From: an uncultured Coriobacteriaceae bacterium
Lineage (GTDB): Bacteria; Actinomycetota; Coriobacteriia; Coriobacteriales; Atopobiaceae
DNA: 51,060 bases
Direction of reading: 5' to 3'
NCBI GenBank assembly: GCA_902797175.1
Contig: CADBRX010000087.1
Location: 1 to 51,060 of the forward strand
Shown here: in pieces, positions 1-7,678 of the stretch
Position numbering within the stretch: the stretch's first letter is position 1
Layout: every line of letters starts with the position of its first letter
Made by a program: the position numbers and the translations under genes
Notes under the pieces: generated by a model
Told to the model about the DNA's origin: nothing
Databases searched by the model: none
Seen by the model: the letters and a program-made list of their open reading frames with translations, nothing else

Positions 1-84
1 ACAACGTTCCGTATCCGGTTGTCAAGGTGCTGCGAAACTCGAAAAACCTCGATCTAACCTGTTGACAAATTCATAGCTGGCTCC

Positions 85-957
85 TTATATGGTTTGCGAT
101 GGGTCCAGAAACGCCGGCATCCCTCCCGTTTGCGCTGCCTTCGCGATCTCGAACAGCGCATCGGCCACCGCGTCGTCTGCCGAGGGGCCGATGCGGAAGT
201 GCGCCGCCGCCAGCGCCTCGGGGCTGGCGTTGTCCACCACGATGGAGTGGGGGACCGCCTCGAGCATGGAGACGTCGTTTTCCGAGTCGCCGAACACCGC
301 CACCTCGTCGAGCGTGAGCTTGAGCTCCTCGGCCAGCACCTCGACGGCACGGCCCTTGCTCCAGCCCTTGGGGAGGATGTCGATGAAGGGCCCGTACATG
401 GTGGGGAACACGAAGTCGATCATGGGAAACTGCTCGCGGAGCGTGTCGCGCAGGGTGACCATCTCGTCCCAGGGGAGGTCACAACGGAGGTTTGCCTTGA
501 TGTATGTGGCGCGGTCGAGGCGGTCGATCACGTTTGGACGGGTGCCGAACGATGACTCGTGCCGGGCAAGCTCCTCGCGTGTCGCGCCAAGGTAGTACGT
601 GGCCCCGTCGGTCGTCTCGGAAATGTCGTCAAGGTCGTAGATTGCCAGAGCACATCCCTTGACGTCGCGTATCCAGGCTCCCACCTCGGTGAGGTGAGCC
701 CCGGACAGCAGCTCCTGGTGCACCAACCTTCCGTCGACATACACGAGCTGGCCGTTGACGTAGGCGCCGGTCTTGCCGCACTCCGTGTCCCCGCCAAACA
801 TCCAGCGCATGGCCGCCGGGACCCTGCCCGAGACGGGGCCAAAGTGGAGGCCCGCATCGAGCATCGCGTGGATGCCGGCAATGGCACGCATGCTTGCATG
901 GGGTGCTCCCAGCGGGATGAGCGTGTTGTCGAGGTCGGTGAGGGCAAGCTTTATCAT
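85..957 (-). CDS. Cof-type HAD-IIB family sugar-phosphate phosphatase/hydrolase
   Basis: 290-aa ORF. HAD motif I is TDLDNTL near the N-terminus and motif IV is FGDSENDVSML near the C-terminus, with a cap-sized insert between them. AAGGAG lies 6 nt upstream of the ATG. Confidence 0.85.
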   Translation of the reverse strand: MIKLALTDLDNTLIPLGAPHASMRAIAGIHAMLDAGLHFGPVSGRVPAAMRWMFGGDTECGKTGAYVNGQLVYVDGRLVHQELLSGAHLTEVGAWIRDVKGCALAIYDLDDISETTDGATYYLGATREELARHESSFGTRPNVIDRLDRATYIKANLRCDLPWDEMVTLRDTLREQFPMIDFVFPTMYGPFIDILPKGWSKGRAVEVLAEELKLTLDEVAVFGDSENDVSMLEAVPHSIVVDNASPEALAAAHFRIGPSADDAVADALFEIAKAAQTGGMPAFLDPSQTI

Positions 958-989
958 GGGGTTCTCCTTGCATGTCGGGGTGACTGATA

Positions 990-1072
990 CAAAGGGGTGT
1001 AACCCTTTTGTGTCACAGGGTGACCCTTCTGACTGAACGAAAGCCGTGATGCAAAAGGGTTACACCCTTTTG
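990..1072. terminator. Inverted-repeat element with 27-nt arms (990-1016 and 1046-1072, 3 mismatches, 29-nt spacer); each arm is itself a mini-hairpin AAAGGGG-loop-CCCTTTT; probable terminator downstream of galT
   Basis: The left arm is caaaggggtgtaacccttttgtgtcac. The reverse complement of the right arm is caaaagggtgtaacccttttgcatcac. The element lies in the 132-nt gap after the galT stop (1090) and has T-runs at the stem ends on both strands. Confidence 0.55.
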
Positions 1073-1089
1073 CATCAGACGACGGTGTC

Positions 1090-2499
1090 CTACAGGCATT
1101 CAAGAAAGCGCCCGAGGGCTGCGCGGCCGTCCTCGTCCCACTTGAACACGCCGGCATCCTCCAAGACGCCGGCAAACGTGTGGCCGACCGCGTCGCGTGT
1201 CAGGGTCCCGTCGTATATCGACTCATACAGGCGAGGCGGCAGGATGGCCATGCCCATGACCTCGATGAGGCCGATGTTCTCCTTCTTTATGTGCCACTTG
1301 TCCTCGTGGGGATGAAAGACGCCCAACGGGTGCTCGGCCGAGGTGACGTTGCAGCGCAAGGCAAGGTAGAGCTCATACTCCTCGCCGCATCTGCGCGCGA
1401 TCGGCGTGACCGTGTTGTGCGGGGTGCCGTTTTGGTCGTACGCCAGCACCCCGGCGGCCTGGTCGTTCCACGAGCGCCAGGCCTGCGCGATGTGGCATGC
1501 CGCATCGAGGAGCTCCTTGCGGTCCGTGCTCCGCAGGCGCAGCACGGAGAGGGGCCAGCGCAACGAGACGCAGGTCACGCCCTCAAAGCCAGGCAGGCTG
1601 ACCGTGCGTTCGACCTCTGCGCGCATCATGGGGAACTCATGGCGCCCACCTTGGAAATGGTCATGGGAGAGAATGGACCCGCCAACGATGGGGAGGTCGG
1701 CATTCGACCCCACGAAGTAGTGGGGGAGGAAATCGATGAAGTCAAGGAGACGCCCCATGTTGGCACGGTTGATGGCCATCGGCCGATGCTCCGCGCTCAT
1801 GGTGATGCAGTGCTCCTCGAAGTAGGCGTAGGGGCTGTATTGGAAGCCCCACGTCTCCCCGCCGAGCTCGATGGGAACGACGCGCAGGTTCTGCCGGGCG
1901 GGATGGGGACCAAGGGGCGAGCGGGCGCCCCGCCCGTAATAGCCCTCGTTCTCAACGCAGAGCTGGCATGCCGGGTATTGCGCGCCAACGAGGGCCTTGC
2001 CTTCGGCCGCGATGAAGGCGGGATCCTTCTCGGGCTTTGAGAGGTTGATGGTGATCTCCAGTTCGCCCCAGGCGGTGGAGGTCCTCCAGCTCATGTTACG
2101 CGCGATGGCTGCCTCTCGCACGTAGCGCGCGTCGCAGCACAGGCGATAGAACCAGTCGGTCGCGGCTTGCGGGCCCTCGGTCCGCATCAGGGCGTGGAAG
2201 CGTTCGTTTATGGTGCTGGGGCGGGCCATCAGAAGGCCCATGAGCTCGGTCTCGATGCGGTCGCGGCCCGAAGGGGTGTCCTCGTCGACACCCGCCTCGA
2301 CACCTGCCGCGCTGAGGCGGTTCATGACCGCCTCGAGGTCGAACTCCTCGACGTCGACGGCATCCCACAGCGGCGTGGAGCCGCTCTGGCGCAGGGCGCC
2401 GAGGATGCGGTTGAATGCCCAGGTCCTGTCGTCTGGGCTGATGATGGCGCATCGCGCTGCGTAGGCGACCAGCGCCGCCGCGCTCTGTGTTATAGCCAT
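1090..2499 (-). CDS. galT: Galactose-1-phosphate uridylyltransferase (long, Gram-positive type)
   Basis: 469-aa ORF with motifs YPACQLCVENEGYYGR, WGFQYSPYAYFEEHCI and GGSILSHDHFQGG (active-site His motif). The length fits the ~490-aa GalT family. Its ATG overlaps the galK stop by 10 nt. Confidence 0.9.
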   Translation of the reverse strand: MAITQSAAALVAYAARCAIISPDDRTWAFNRILGALRQSGSTPLWDAVDVEEFDLEAVMNRLSAAGVEAGVDEDTPSGRDRIETELMGLLMARPSTINERFHALMRTEGPQAATDWFYRLCCDARYVREAAIARNMSWRTSTAWGELEITINLSKPEKDPAFIAAEGKALVGAQYPACQLCVENEGYYGRGARSPLGPHPARQNLRVVPIELGGETWGFQYSPYAYFEEHCITMSAEHRPMAINRANMGRLLDFIDFLPHYFVGSNADLPIVGGSILSHDHFQGGRHEFPMMRAEVERTVSLPGFEGVTCVSLRWPLSVLRLRSTDRKELLDAACHIAQAWRSWNDQAAGVLAYDQNGTPHNTVTPIARRCGEEYELYLALRCNVTSAEHPLGVFHPHEDKWHIKKENIGLIEVMGMAILPPRLYESIYDGTLTRDAVGHTFAGVLEDAGVFKWDEDGRAALGRFLECL

Positions 2500-3686
2500 T
2501 CTGCCTCAGCTCCTTCGTCGGCAATCTCGTACACCTTGCAGGCGTCCGAGCCCAGCCACTTGTTCATGCCGGCAGCATACATGCTCGTAAGCTCCGAGGG
2601 GACAAAGGCCTGGATGGAGCCGCCGAAGCCCCCTCCGTGGATGCGCGTGGCGCCGCGGCCTTGCAGGAGGTGCTCAGACAGCGCGATGGCAACCATGCAG
2701 TCCTGCTCTCGTGCCCCTGCTGCGCTCACGTTCTGCAAAAACATCGCCGAGCTCGCGCCCGAGCGACGGGTCAGCTCGATGAAGCGCCCCATGTCGCCCT
2801 TCTTGAGGGCATCCCAACGGGCGTCAACCAGACGCATCTCCTGGAAGTAGTGGAAGGCCCACAATACCGGGCGATCGCCCAGGCGGTGGCGCAGGGCGCG
2901 CAGATACCAAAACAGCGCGTCCTCCTTGATGTCGGCGAGCCGCTCATAGCCCAAGGCCTCGGCGACCTGCTTCATCTCGGTTGGTACGGCGGCGTACTCG
3001 TCGGTGTAGGCGCTGTGGTCGCATCCGACTTCGGTGAGGACCAGCGCGTAGTCGTGCTCGGCAAAGTCAAAGGAAAGCTTCTGCGCCCGGGGGTCCGCGT
3101 CCCTGAAGTCCATGTAGGACAGGCCACCAAGGCTCACGGCAAGCTGGTCCATGAGTCCGCACGGCTTGCCAAACCAATCCTGCTCGACGCGCTGCGCCAT
3201 CTGCGCCGCCTCGATGGGGTCGATTGCCCGTCCTGGCCAGAGCGCCTCCATCGCTCGGCAGAGCGCCAGCTCGTAGGCTGCCGAGGACGACAGTCCTCCG
3301 CCCGAGGGGATGTCGCTTGTCATGACGAGTGCGAAGCCTTGGGGTGTGCGTCCCGTGGCGAGCATCTGCGCGGCCATGCCGCGGACGAGAGCGGTGGAGC
3401 TCACGTATTCGTCCGGGCGGGGCTCAAGATCATCAAGCGTCACATGGACGGGCTCGAAGCCCTCGCTGTATACGCGCAGCTCATGCGAGGCGACAGGCGT
3501 CGCAAGGCACTCGATGCTTCGGTCAAGCGCGCCTGCGATCACGCGCCCGCCCTCGTGGTCGGTGTGGTTTCCGGCGATCTCGCTGCGGGCGGGCGAGCGT
3601 ATGGCGAGCACCGGTCCCGAGGGGCCTTCAACCTTGCTGGCAAGATAGGGGGACAGACGATCCGCAATGCTGTTGATGTCTTTCAT
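2490..3686 (-). CDS. galK: Galactokinase (GHMP kinase family)
   Basis: I place the start at ATG 3686, preceded by GGGAGGAG, giving 398 aa. The 65-codon upstream extension in the ORF track overlaps the lacG 3' end and looks non-coding. Motifs are AGNHTDHEGG (galactokinase signature-like), PSGGGLSSSAA (GHMP ATP site) and HGGGFGGS. The gene is translationally coupled to galT. Confidence 0.8.
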   Translation of the reverse strand: MKDINSIADRLSPYLASKVEGPSGPVLAIRSPARSEIAGNHTDHEGGRVIAGALDRSIECLATPVASHELRVYSEGFEPVHVTLDDLEPRPDEYVSSTALVRGMAAQMLATGRTPQGFALVMTSDIPSGGGLSSSAAYELALCRAMEALWPGRAIDPIEAAQMAQRVEQDWFGKPCGLMDQLAVSLGGLSYMDFRDADPRAQKLSFDFAEHDYALVLTEVGCDHSAYTDEYAAVPTEMKQVAEALGYERLADIKEDALFWYLRALRHRLGDRPVLWAFHYFQEMRLVDARWDALKKGDMGRFIELTRRSGASSAMFLQNVSAAGAREQDCMVAIALSEHLLQGRGATRIHGGGFGGSIQAFVPSELTSMYAAGMNKWLGSDACKVYEIADEGAEAEWL

Positions 3687-3733
3687 CGGGTGCTCCTCCC
3701 TCGTTGTGGGCGCGTCCTTGCGCCGCGGAGCTG

Positions 3734-5152
3734 CTAGGTGAGCCTGCCTAATCGAACGACCTGCGCATACCAGTACGCAGATGCCTTGGGAATGCGCCTT
3801 TGGGTCTCGAAGTCGACGTAGAAGAAGCCGTAGCGCTTGCCGTAACCGTTGGTCCAGCTGAACATGTCCATGAGCGACCACAGGAAGTAGCCGGTGACGT
3901 TGACGCCTGCGTCAACGGCCTTGAGAAGCCACTCCAGGTGGGCCCGCACGTAGTCGATGCGGTAGGAGTCGTCGACGGTGTCCTCTACCAGCGCGTCCTT
4001 GGCGCCCATCCCGTTTTCGGTGATGAGGATCTCTTGGTAGTTGGGGTACTGCAGGCGGATGCGCACGAGCAGGTCGTACATGCCCTCCGGGTAGATGAGC
4101 CAGTCCCAGTCCGTGCGGGGGATGCCCTCCTTGTTCACGCGCTCGCCCACGCCCGCGAGGGCAAAGCGCTCGGTGCCCTTGTCGCCCGTCGCGTTGTGGT
4201 GCAGGACCGTGGGGCCGTCATAGCTGCGCAAGAAGCGGCTCTGGTAGTAGTTGATGCCCAGGTAGTCGTTGTGCTGCGCTGCCCGCCGCATGCAGAGGAG
4301 GTCCTCCTCGCGGATGTCGAGCGCACCTCCCGAAAGCGCGGCGAGGCGTTCTGCGCACTCCAGCGTGTCAGGCGCGTAGTCGCCCCTGAACGTCGCGTCG
4401 AGCAGGAACTGGTTCTGCAGGACGTCTTCGTTCTTGGCCGCCTGGATGTCGGCGGGGTCGTTCTCGTCGTAGGGGTACTTGCTCTCAAAGGTGTGCACCA
4501 CGCCGATCTTGCCCCTGTGACCCCCTTCGTGGAAGGCGAGCACCGCCCGGGCGTGGGCAAGCATCATGTTGTGGTTGCACTGCAGCGCCTTGTCGAGGGC
4601 ACCCGTGATGCCTCCCGGAGGGAAGGTCCCCTCGATGAAGGTGTTGCTGGCCACGGCCCAGATCTCGTTGAAGGTGAACCAGTTGCTGACCTCGTCGCCA
4701 TACTCCGCAAAGCAGAAGCGGGCATAGTCCTCAAAGGCGTCGATGGTGGCACGGTCGAGGAAGCCGCCCTTGTCAAAGAGGGCAAGCGGCGTGTCAAAGT
4801 GGTGCAGCGTGACGTAGGGCTCCACGCCATGGGCGCGGCAGGCGCGGAACACGTCATGGTAGAACGCGATGCCTTCGGGGTTCCTTGCGCCGACGCCTTG
4901 GGGGAAGATCCGGCTCCAGGCTATGGAGATGCGGATGCCGTTGATGCCAAAGCGCTCGCACAGGGCAAGGTCATGCTCGTAGCTATGGTAGAAGTCCGAG
5001 GCGGGGTCAGCGGAGAAGCGACCCTTCTTGGCGAGGAACGGGTCCCAGGACACCTCTCCCTTGCCGTGCCCGTGCGTCTCTCCCTCGCACTGGTACGCTG
5101 CGGTGGCTGCTCCAAAGACGAAGCCGGCAGGAAATGTGTTCGTAGGGGTCAT
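3734..5152 (-). CDS. lacG: 6-phospho-beta-galactosidase (GH1)
   Basis: I place the start at ATG 5152 (AAGGAG 7 nt upstream), giving 472 aa. The protein is colinear with my recollection of staphylococcal/lactococcal LacG. Motifs are FGAATAAYQCEG, NGIRISIAWSRIFP, TLHHFDTP, TFNEI (acid/base Glu), ITENG (nucleophile Glu) and FSWTNGYGKRYGFFYVDF (Ser/Lys/Tyr phosphate-binding region). Confidence 0.9.
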   Translation of the reverse strand: MTPTNTFPAGFVFGAATAAYQCEGETHGHGKGEVSWDPFLAKKGRFSADPASDFYHSYEHDLALCERFGINGIRISIAWSRIFPQGVGARNPEGIAFYHDVFRACRAHGVEPYVTLHHFDTPLALFDKGGFLDRATIDAFEDYARFCFAEYGDEVSNWFTFNEIWAVASNTFIEGTFPPGGITGALDKALQCNHNMMLAHARAVLAFHEGGHRGKIGVVHTFESKYPYDENDPADIQAAKNEDVLQNQFLLDATFRGDYAPDTLECAERLAALSGGALDIREEDLLCMRRAAQHNDYLGINYYQSRFLRSYDGPTVLHHNATGDKGTERFALAGVGERVNKEGIPRTDWDWLIYPEGMYDLLVRIRLQYPNYQEILITENGMGAKDALVEDTVDDSYRIDYVRAHLEWLLKAVDAGVNVTGYFLWSLMDMFSWTNGYGKRYGFFYVDFETQRRIPKASAYWYAQVVRLGRLT

Positions 5153-5228
5153 CGGTGCTCCTTTGCAGGTGACGGGCCTCTCGACAGGGGAGGGGCTTGC
5201 GGTGGCAGGGCATGGTGCTGGGTAACGT

Positions 5229-5263
5229 TGGGCGCCCCACGCAGCAAATGGGGCGCCCCACGC
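5229..5263. repeat. Intercistronic GC-rich direct repeat (GGGCGCCCCACGC x2, at 5230-5242 and 5251-5263) between lacE and lacG; each copy is self-complementary and the two can pair into a ~12-bp stem
   Basis: Read directly from ttgggcgccccacgcagcaaatggggcgccccacgcc. It lies in the 121-nt lacE-lacG gap. Confidence 0.6.
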
Positions 5264-5273
5264 CAAGGGAGGG

Positions 5274-7016
5274 CTATTTGCTCAGGTGGTCGCTAACGAA
5301 GCTGAGCGCTTCCTCGCCGTTGCGGGTAAGCGCGATGTACTGGCGTCCCTCGCAGGCGGCGACCTTCACGCCCATGCGGTCGGCGTCGATCTTGAGGTCC
5401 TCGAGGTAGGAGGCGACCTGCGGTGCCAGCACGACCAGGTCGAAGTCGGGCATGATGTCGAGGTGCGCCCCATAGGAGCCTGCCGCGCTCTCGAGGTCGA
5501 TGCCGTGCTCGTCCGCCGCCTTTGCGAGGGCGTTGGCGAGGAGCCCCGAGGTCCCTCCGCCCGCGCAGAGCACGAGCACCTTCTTGCCCTCAAGGCTGCC
5601 TGCCGAGGCAGTCGATGTGGCAGGGGAGGCGATGGAGGCCTTGGCGGGCGCAGCCTTCGCGACGGCCGCGGCGGGTGCCTTGCCCTGGAAGGCATCGCTC
5701 ATGCGTGCGGCCTTGTCGGCGGCGCGCGCCTCGAGCTCCTCGGCCTCGATCTGGGCCTCTTCCTCGCACTTCTCCAGGTCGTACATCTTGAAGAATGGGT
5801 AGTAGATGACGAAGTCCATGACGAGGGCGACGGCCACAAAGACAAACGAGAGCGGGCTGAGGCCGCAGCCAAGGACGATGCCGAGGGGTGCCGGCGTGGT
5901 CCACGGCAGCGTGTAGAGGAAGCCGTTCATGCCCAACACGTCGATGAAGAGCTTGAAGACCCACGCGTTGGCCACGGGTGCCACCACAAACGGGATGAGG
6001 AAGACGGGGTTGAGCACCATGGGCGCGCCAAAGAGGAAGGGCTCGTTGACGCCAAAGGTCACGGGGACGGCCGAGGCACGACCAACCGCGCGCAGCTCTT
6101 TTGACCGCGCCAAGAAGGCAAACATCATGCAGGGCACCAGCGTGGCACCCGTGCCGCCCATGGTGACCACAAAGAACTGCAGGTCAAGGCTGAGGGCGTG
6201 GGTGGCGTGCTGCCCCGCCTGGAAGGCGGCGAGGTTCTCGGTCATGCCCGCCAGCAGGGCGACCTCAACGGCTGGCTCCACGATGGAGGGGCCATGCACG
6301 CCCACAAACCAGAAGAGCGACATGGCGCCATAGATGATGGCGATGCCAAGGTAGCTGTCAGCGGCGGAGAAGATGGGCTGGAACAGCTGAATGACCCCCT
6401 CTGCCACACAGCTGCCCGTGAGGGTGCGCACAGCGAGGTCGACCAGCCAGAACAGGATGACCGAGAGCGAGAAGGGAATGATGTCCTTGAAGGTCTGCGA
6501 GATGTTGGGCGGAACCTGCTCGGGCATGTGGATGGTGATGTTGCGCGAGACGCAGAACTTGTAGATACCGCCGACCACGAATGCGGCGATGAAGGCGGTG
6601 AGCAGGCCCTTGCTGCCGAGGCAGTCGGAAGCGAAGCCGCCCTCGAGGGGGTCGGATGCCAGGATGAACAGGCCGACCGTCGCGCACACCATGGTGGAGA
6701 GGAAGTTGATCTGGTTGTTGCGCGGCATGTCACGGTTGAGGCTGTCCGTGAAGTGCTTTGCCGTGGTGGCTGCCACCACTACCGAGAGGATGCCCATCGA
6801 GTAGCCGTAGGGCTTGGTGATGATGGCCTCGAGCTCGGGCGGCCAGGTGAAGCCCCAGATGTTGGGCACATAGGCCACCAGCAGGAAGATGGACGAGAAG
6901 ATGACGATGGGCATGCACGAGATGAAGCCATCCTTGATGGCCTTGAGGTACTTGTTGCGGGCAACGTTGTCAAAGAACGGCTTGAACTTCTGTATGGTCG
7001 CGATGAGTTTGTCCAC
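5274..7016 (-). CDS. lacE: PTS lactose-specific EIICB component
   Basis: 580 aa with a GTG start and GGAGG 6 nt upstream. The N-terminus MDKLIATIQKFKPFFDNVARNKYLKAIKDGFISCMPIVIFSSIFLL is colinear with LacE. EIIC motifs are GPSIVEP and FGVNEPFLFGAP. An Ala/Glu-rich linker leads to a C-terminal EIIB with the active Cys in KVLVLCAGGGTSGLLANAL. Confidence 0.92.
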   Translation of the reverse strand: MDKLIATIQKFKPFFDNVARNKYLKAIKDGFISCMPIVIFSSIFLLVAYVPNIWGFTWPPELEAIITKPYGYSMGILSVVVAATTAKHFTDSLNRDMPRNNQINFLSTMVCATVGLFILASDPLEGGFASDCLGSKGLLTAFIAAFVVGGIYKFCVSRNITIHMPEQVPPNISQTFKDIIPFSLSVILFWLVDLAVRTLTGSCVAEGVIQLFQPIFSAADSYLGIAIIYGAMSLFWFVGVHGPSIVEPAVEVALLAGMTENLAAFQAGQHATHALSLDLQFFVVTMGGTGATLVPCMMFAFLARSKELRAVGRASAVPVTFGVNEPFLFGAPMVLNPVFLIPFVVAPVANAWVFKLFIDVLGMNGFLYTLPWTTPAPLGIVLGCGLSPLSFVFVAVALVMDFVIYYPFFKMYDLEKCEEEAQIEAEELEARAADKAARMSDAFQGKAPAAAVAKAAPAKASIASPATSTASAGSLEGKKVLVLCAGGGTSGLLANALAKAADEHGIDLESAAGSYGAHLDIMPDFDLVVLAPQVASYLEDLKIDADRMGVKVAACEGRQYIALTRNGEEALSFVSDHLSK

Positions 7017-7046
7017 GACGCCTCCTTCTTGCGTTGCGGGTCTGAG

Positions 7047-7355
7047 CTAGCGGTAGATATCGACAAGGGTTTCGATGACGTCGCGCAGGAGCATGCTGGT
7101 CATGAGGTGGTCCTGCGCATGCACGAGCAGGATCGTGGGGGAGGTCACCTCTCCACGGGCCTCTGCGGTGAGCAGGTTGGTCTGGGCTTTGTGGGCATCG
7201 TTGAGCAGCTCTTGCGCCTCGTTGATGAGGGCATGCGTGTGGTCGAGGTTGCCCTCCTTTGCCTCCTTCACGGCGCTCAGAAGCTTTGTGCGCGCGTCTC
7301 CCGAGAAGGCGACGATCTCGATCATCATCATTTCGAGCTCTTCGTTGGTGATCAT
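7047..7355 (-). CDS. lacF: PTS lactose/cellobiose-family EIIA component
   Basis: 102 aa with motifs IVAFSGDAR and AHKAQTNLL and the phospho-His context LVHAQDHLMT. GAAGGG lies 7 nt upstream of the ATG. It is the first gene of the operon. Confidence 0.9.
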   Translation of the reverse strand: MITNEELEMMMIEIVAFSGDARTKLLSAVKEAKEGNLDHTHALINEAQELLNDAHKAQTNLLTAEARGEVTSPTILLVHAQDHLMTSMLLRDVIETLVDIYR

Positions 7356-7395
7356 GGCAATCCCTTCTATGCGAGGTTGCTGGACAGCGTGCTTA

Positions 7396-7445
7396 GAGAA
7401 ATGTTAACGTGAACATCCTCTTGAATGTTAACGTTAACATTTCTC
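7396..7445. promoter_or_regulatory. Tandem LacI/GalR-type operators in the lacF / regulator divergent region: O1 atgttaacgtgaacat (7401-7416, 14/16 symmetric) and O2 aatgttaacgttaacatt (7424-7441, perfect 18-bp palindrome); centres 24 bp apart
   Basis: Both palindromes are centred on CG and resemble the TGnnAACGnTnnCA class of LacI-family/cre sites. The outer flanks gagaaatgttaacg and cgttaacatttctc are also inverted repeats. The sites lie 53 and 77 nt upstream of the lacF ATG, next to a divergent LacI-family gene. Confidence 0.6.
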
Positions 7446-7678
7446 ATTTAGTTCGTCTATAGCAATCGCGAACGTTCAATCTGAAGAGACGAACGGCGGA
7501 GGGCGGCAGATTGTCCGAAGGAGGCGGCGAGCAACCCGTTCCGGACAAGTTTCCGCTCACGCAAACCACAACCCAAAGAAGCCACGGTCGCGCCCGCCCT
7601 TTGAGGGGTTGGGGCAGCTCCCCTTAAGCGTGCTCGCTGCCCTTTGCGCTACCATGGGTGGGTCGAGAGGGGATTACC

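Noticed and set aside
54-74. Six-codon mini-ORF MNLSTG with a strong AAGGAG Shine-Dalgarno directly after the HAD gene stop (twin at 50987..51007), possibly a leader peptide, followed by a TTGACA hexamer and a TTGTCAA/TTGACAA inverted repeat
   Set aside because: It is too short, and the window is truncated 50 nt later, so no downstream gene or attenuator structure can be evaluated. The Shine-Dalgarno-like sequence overlaps the HAD stop region and may be fortuitous.
3687-3881. N-terminal extensions suggested by the ORF track (galK to 3881; lacG to 5266; udk to 18450; cysE to 22288; others by a few codons)
   Set aside because: The extensions overlap upstream genes or intergenic DNA and have junk-like Arg/Ala/Pro-rich sequence. 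Internal ATGs are preceded by clear GGAGG-type Shine-Dalgarno sites and coincide with the start of family-conserved sequence.
3800-5296. 498-aa ORF antisense to lacG, and similar long antisense ORFs (6198..7412 vs lacE/lacF, 16291..17325 vs the permease gene, 1180..2040 vs galT, 2637..3737 vs galK, 7754..8632 vs the regulator, 9419..10303 vs ygiQ, 13599..14525 vs the HAD gene)
   Set aside because: All lie opposite genes with strong family motifs and colinearity to known proteins. Their translations are compositionally biased and motif-free, a consequence of stop-codon depletion in high-GC3 coding regions.
7446-7657. Possible small RNA, tRNA or extra gene in the unusually long 5' region of the LacI-family gene, with short inverted repeats GTTCGTCT/AGACGAAC and TTGTCCG/CGGACAA
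   Set aside because: I see no tRNA-like conserved arms (no GGTTCGA-type T-arm), no ORF with a ribosome-binding site, and only short 7-8-bp stems with long loops. These are indistinguishable from chance in GC-rich DNA.
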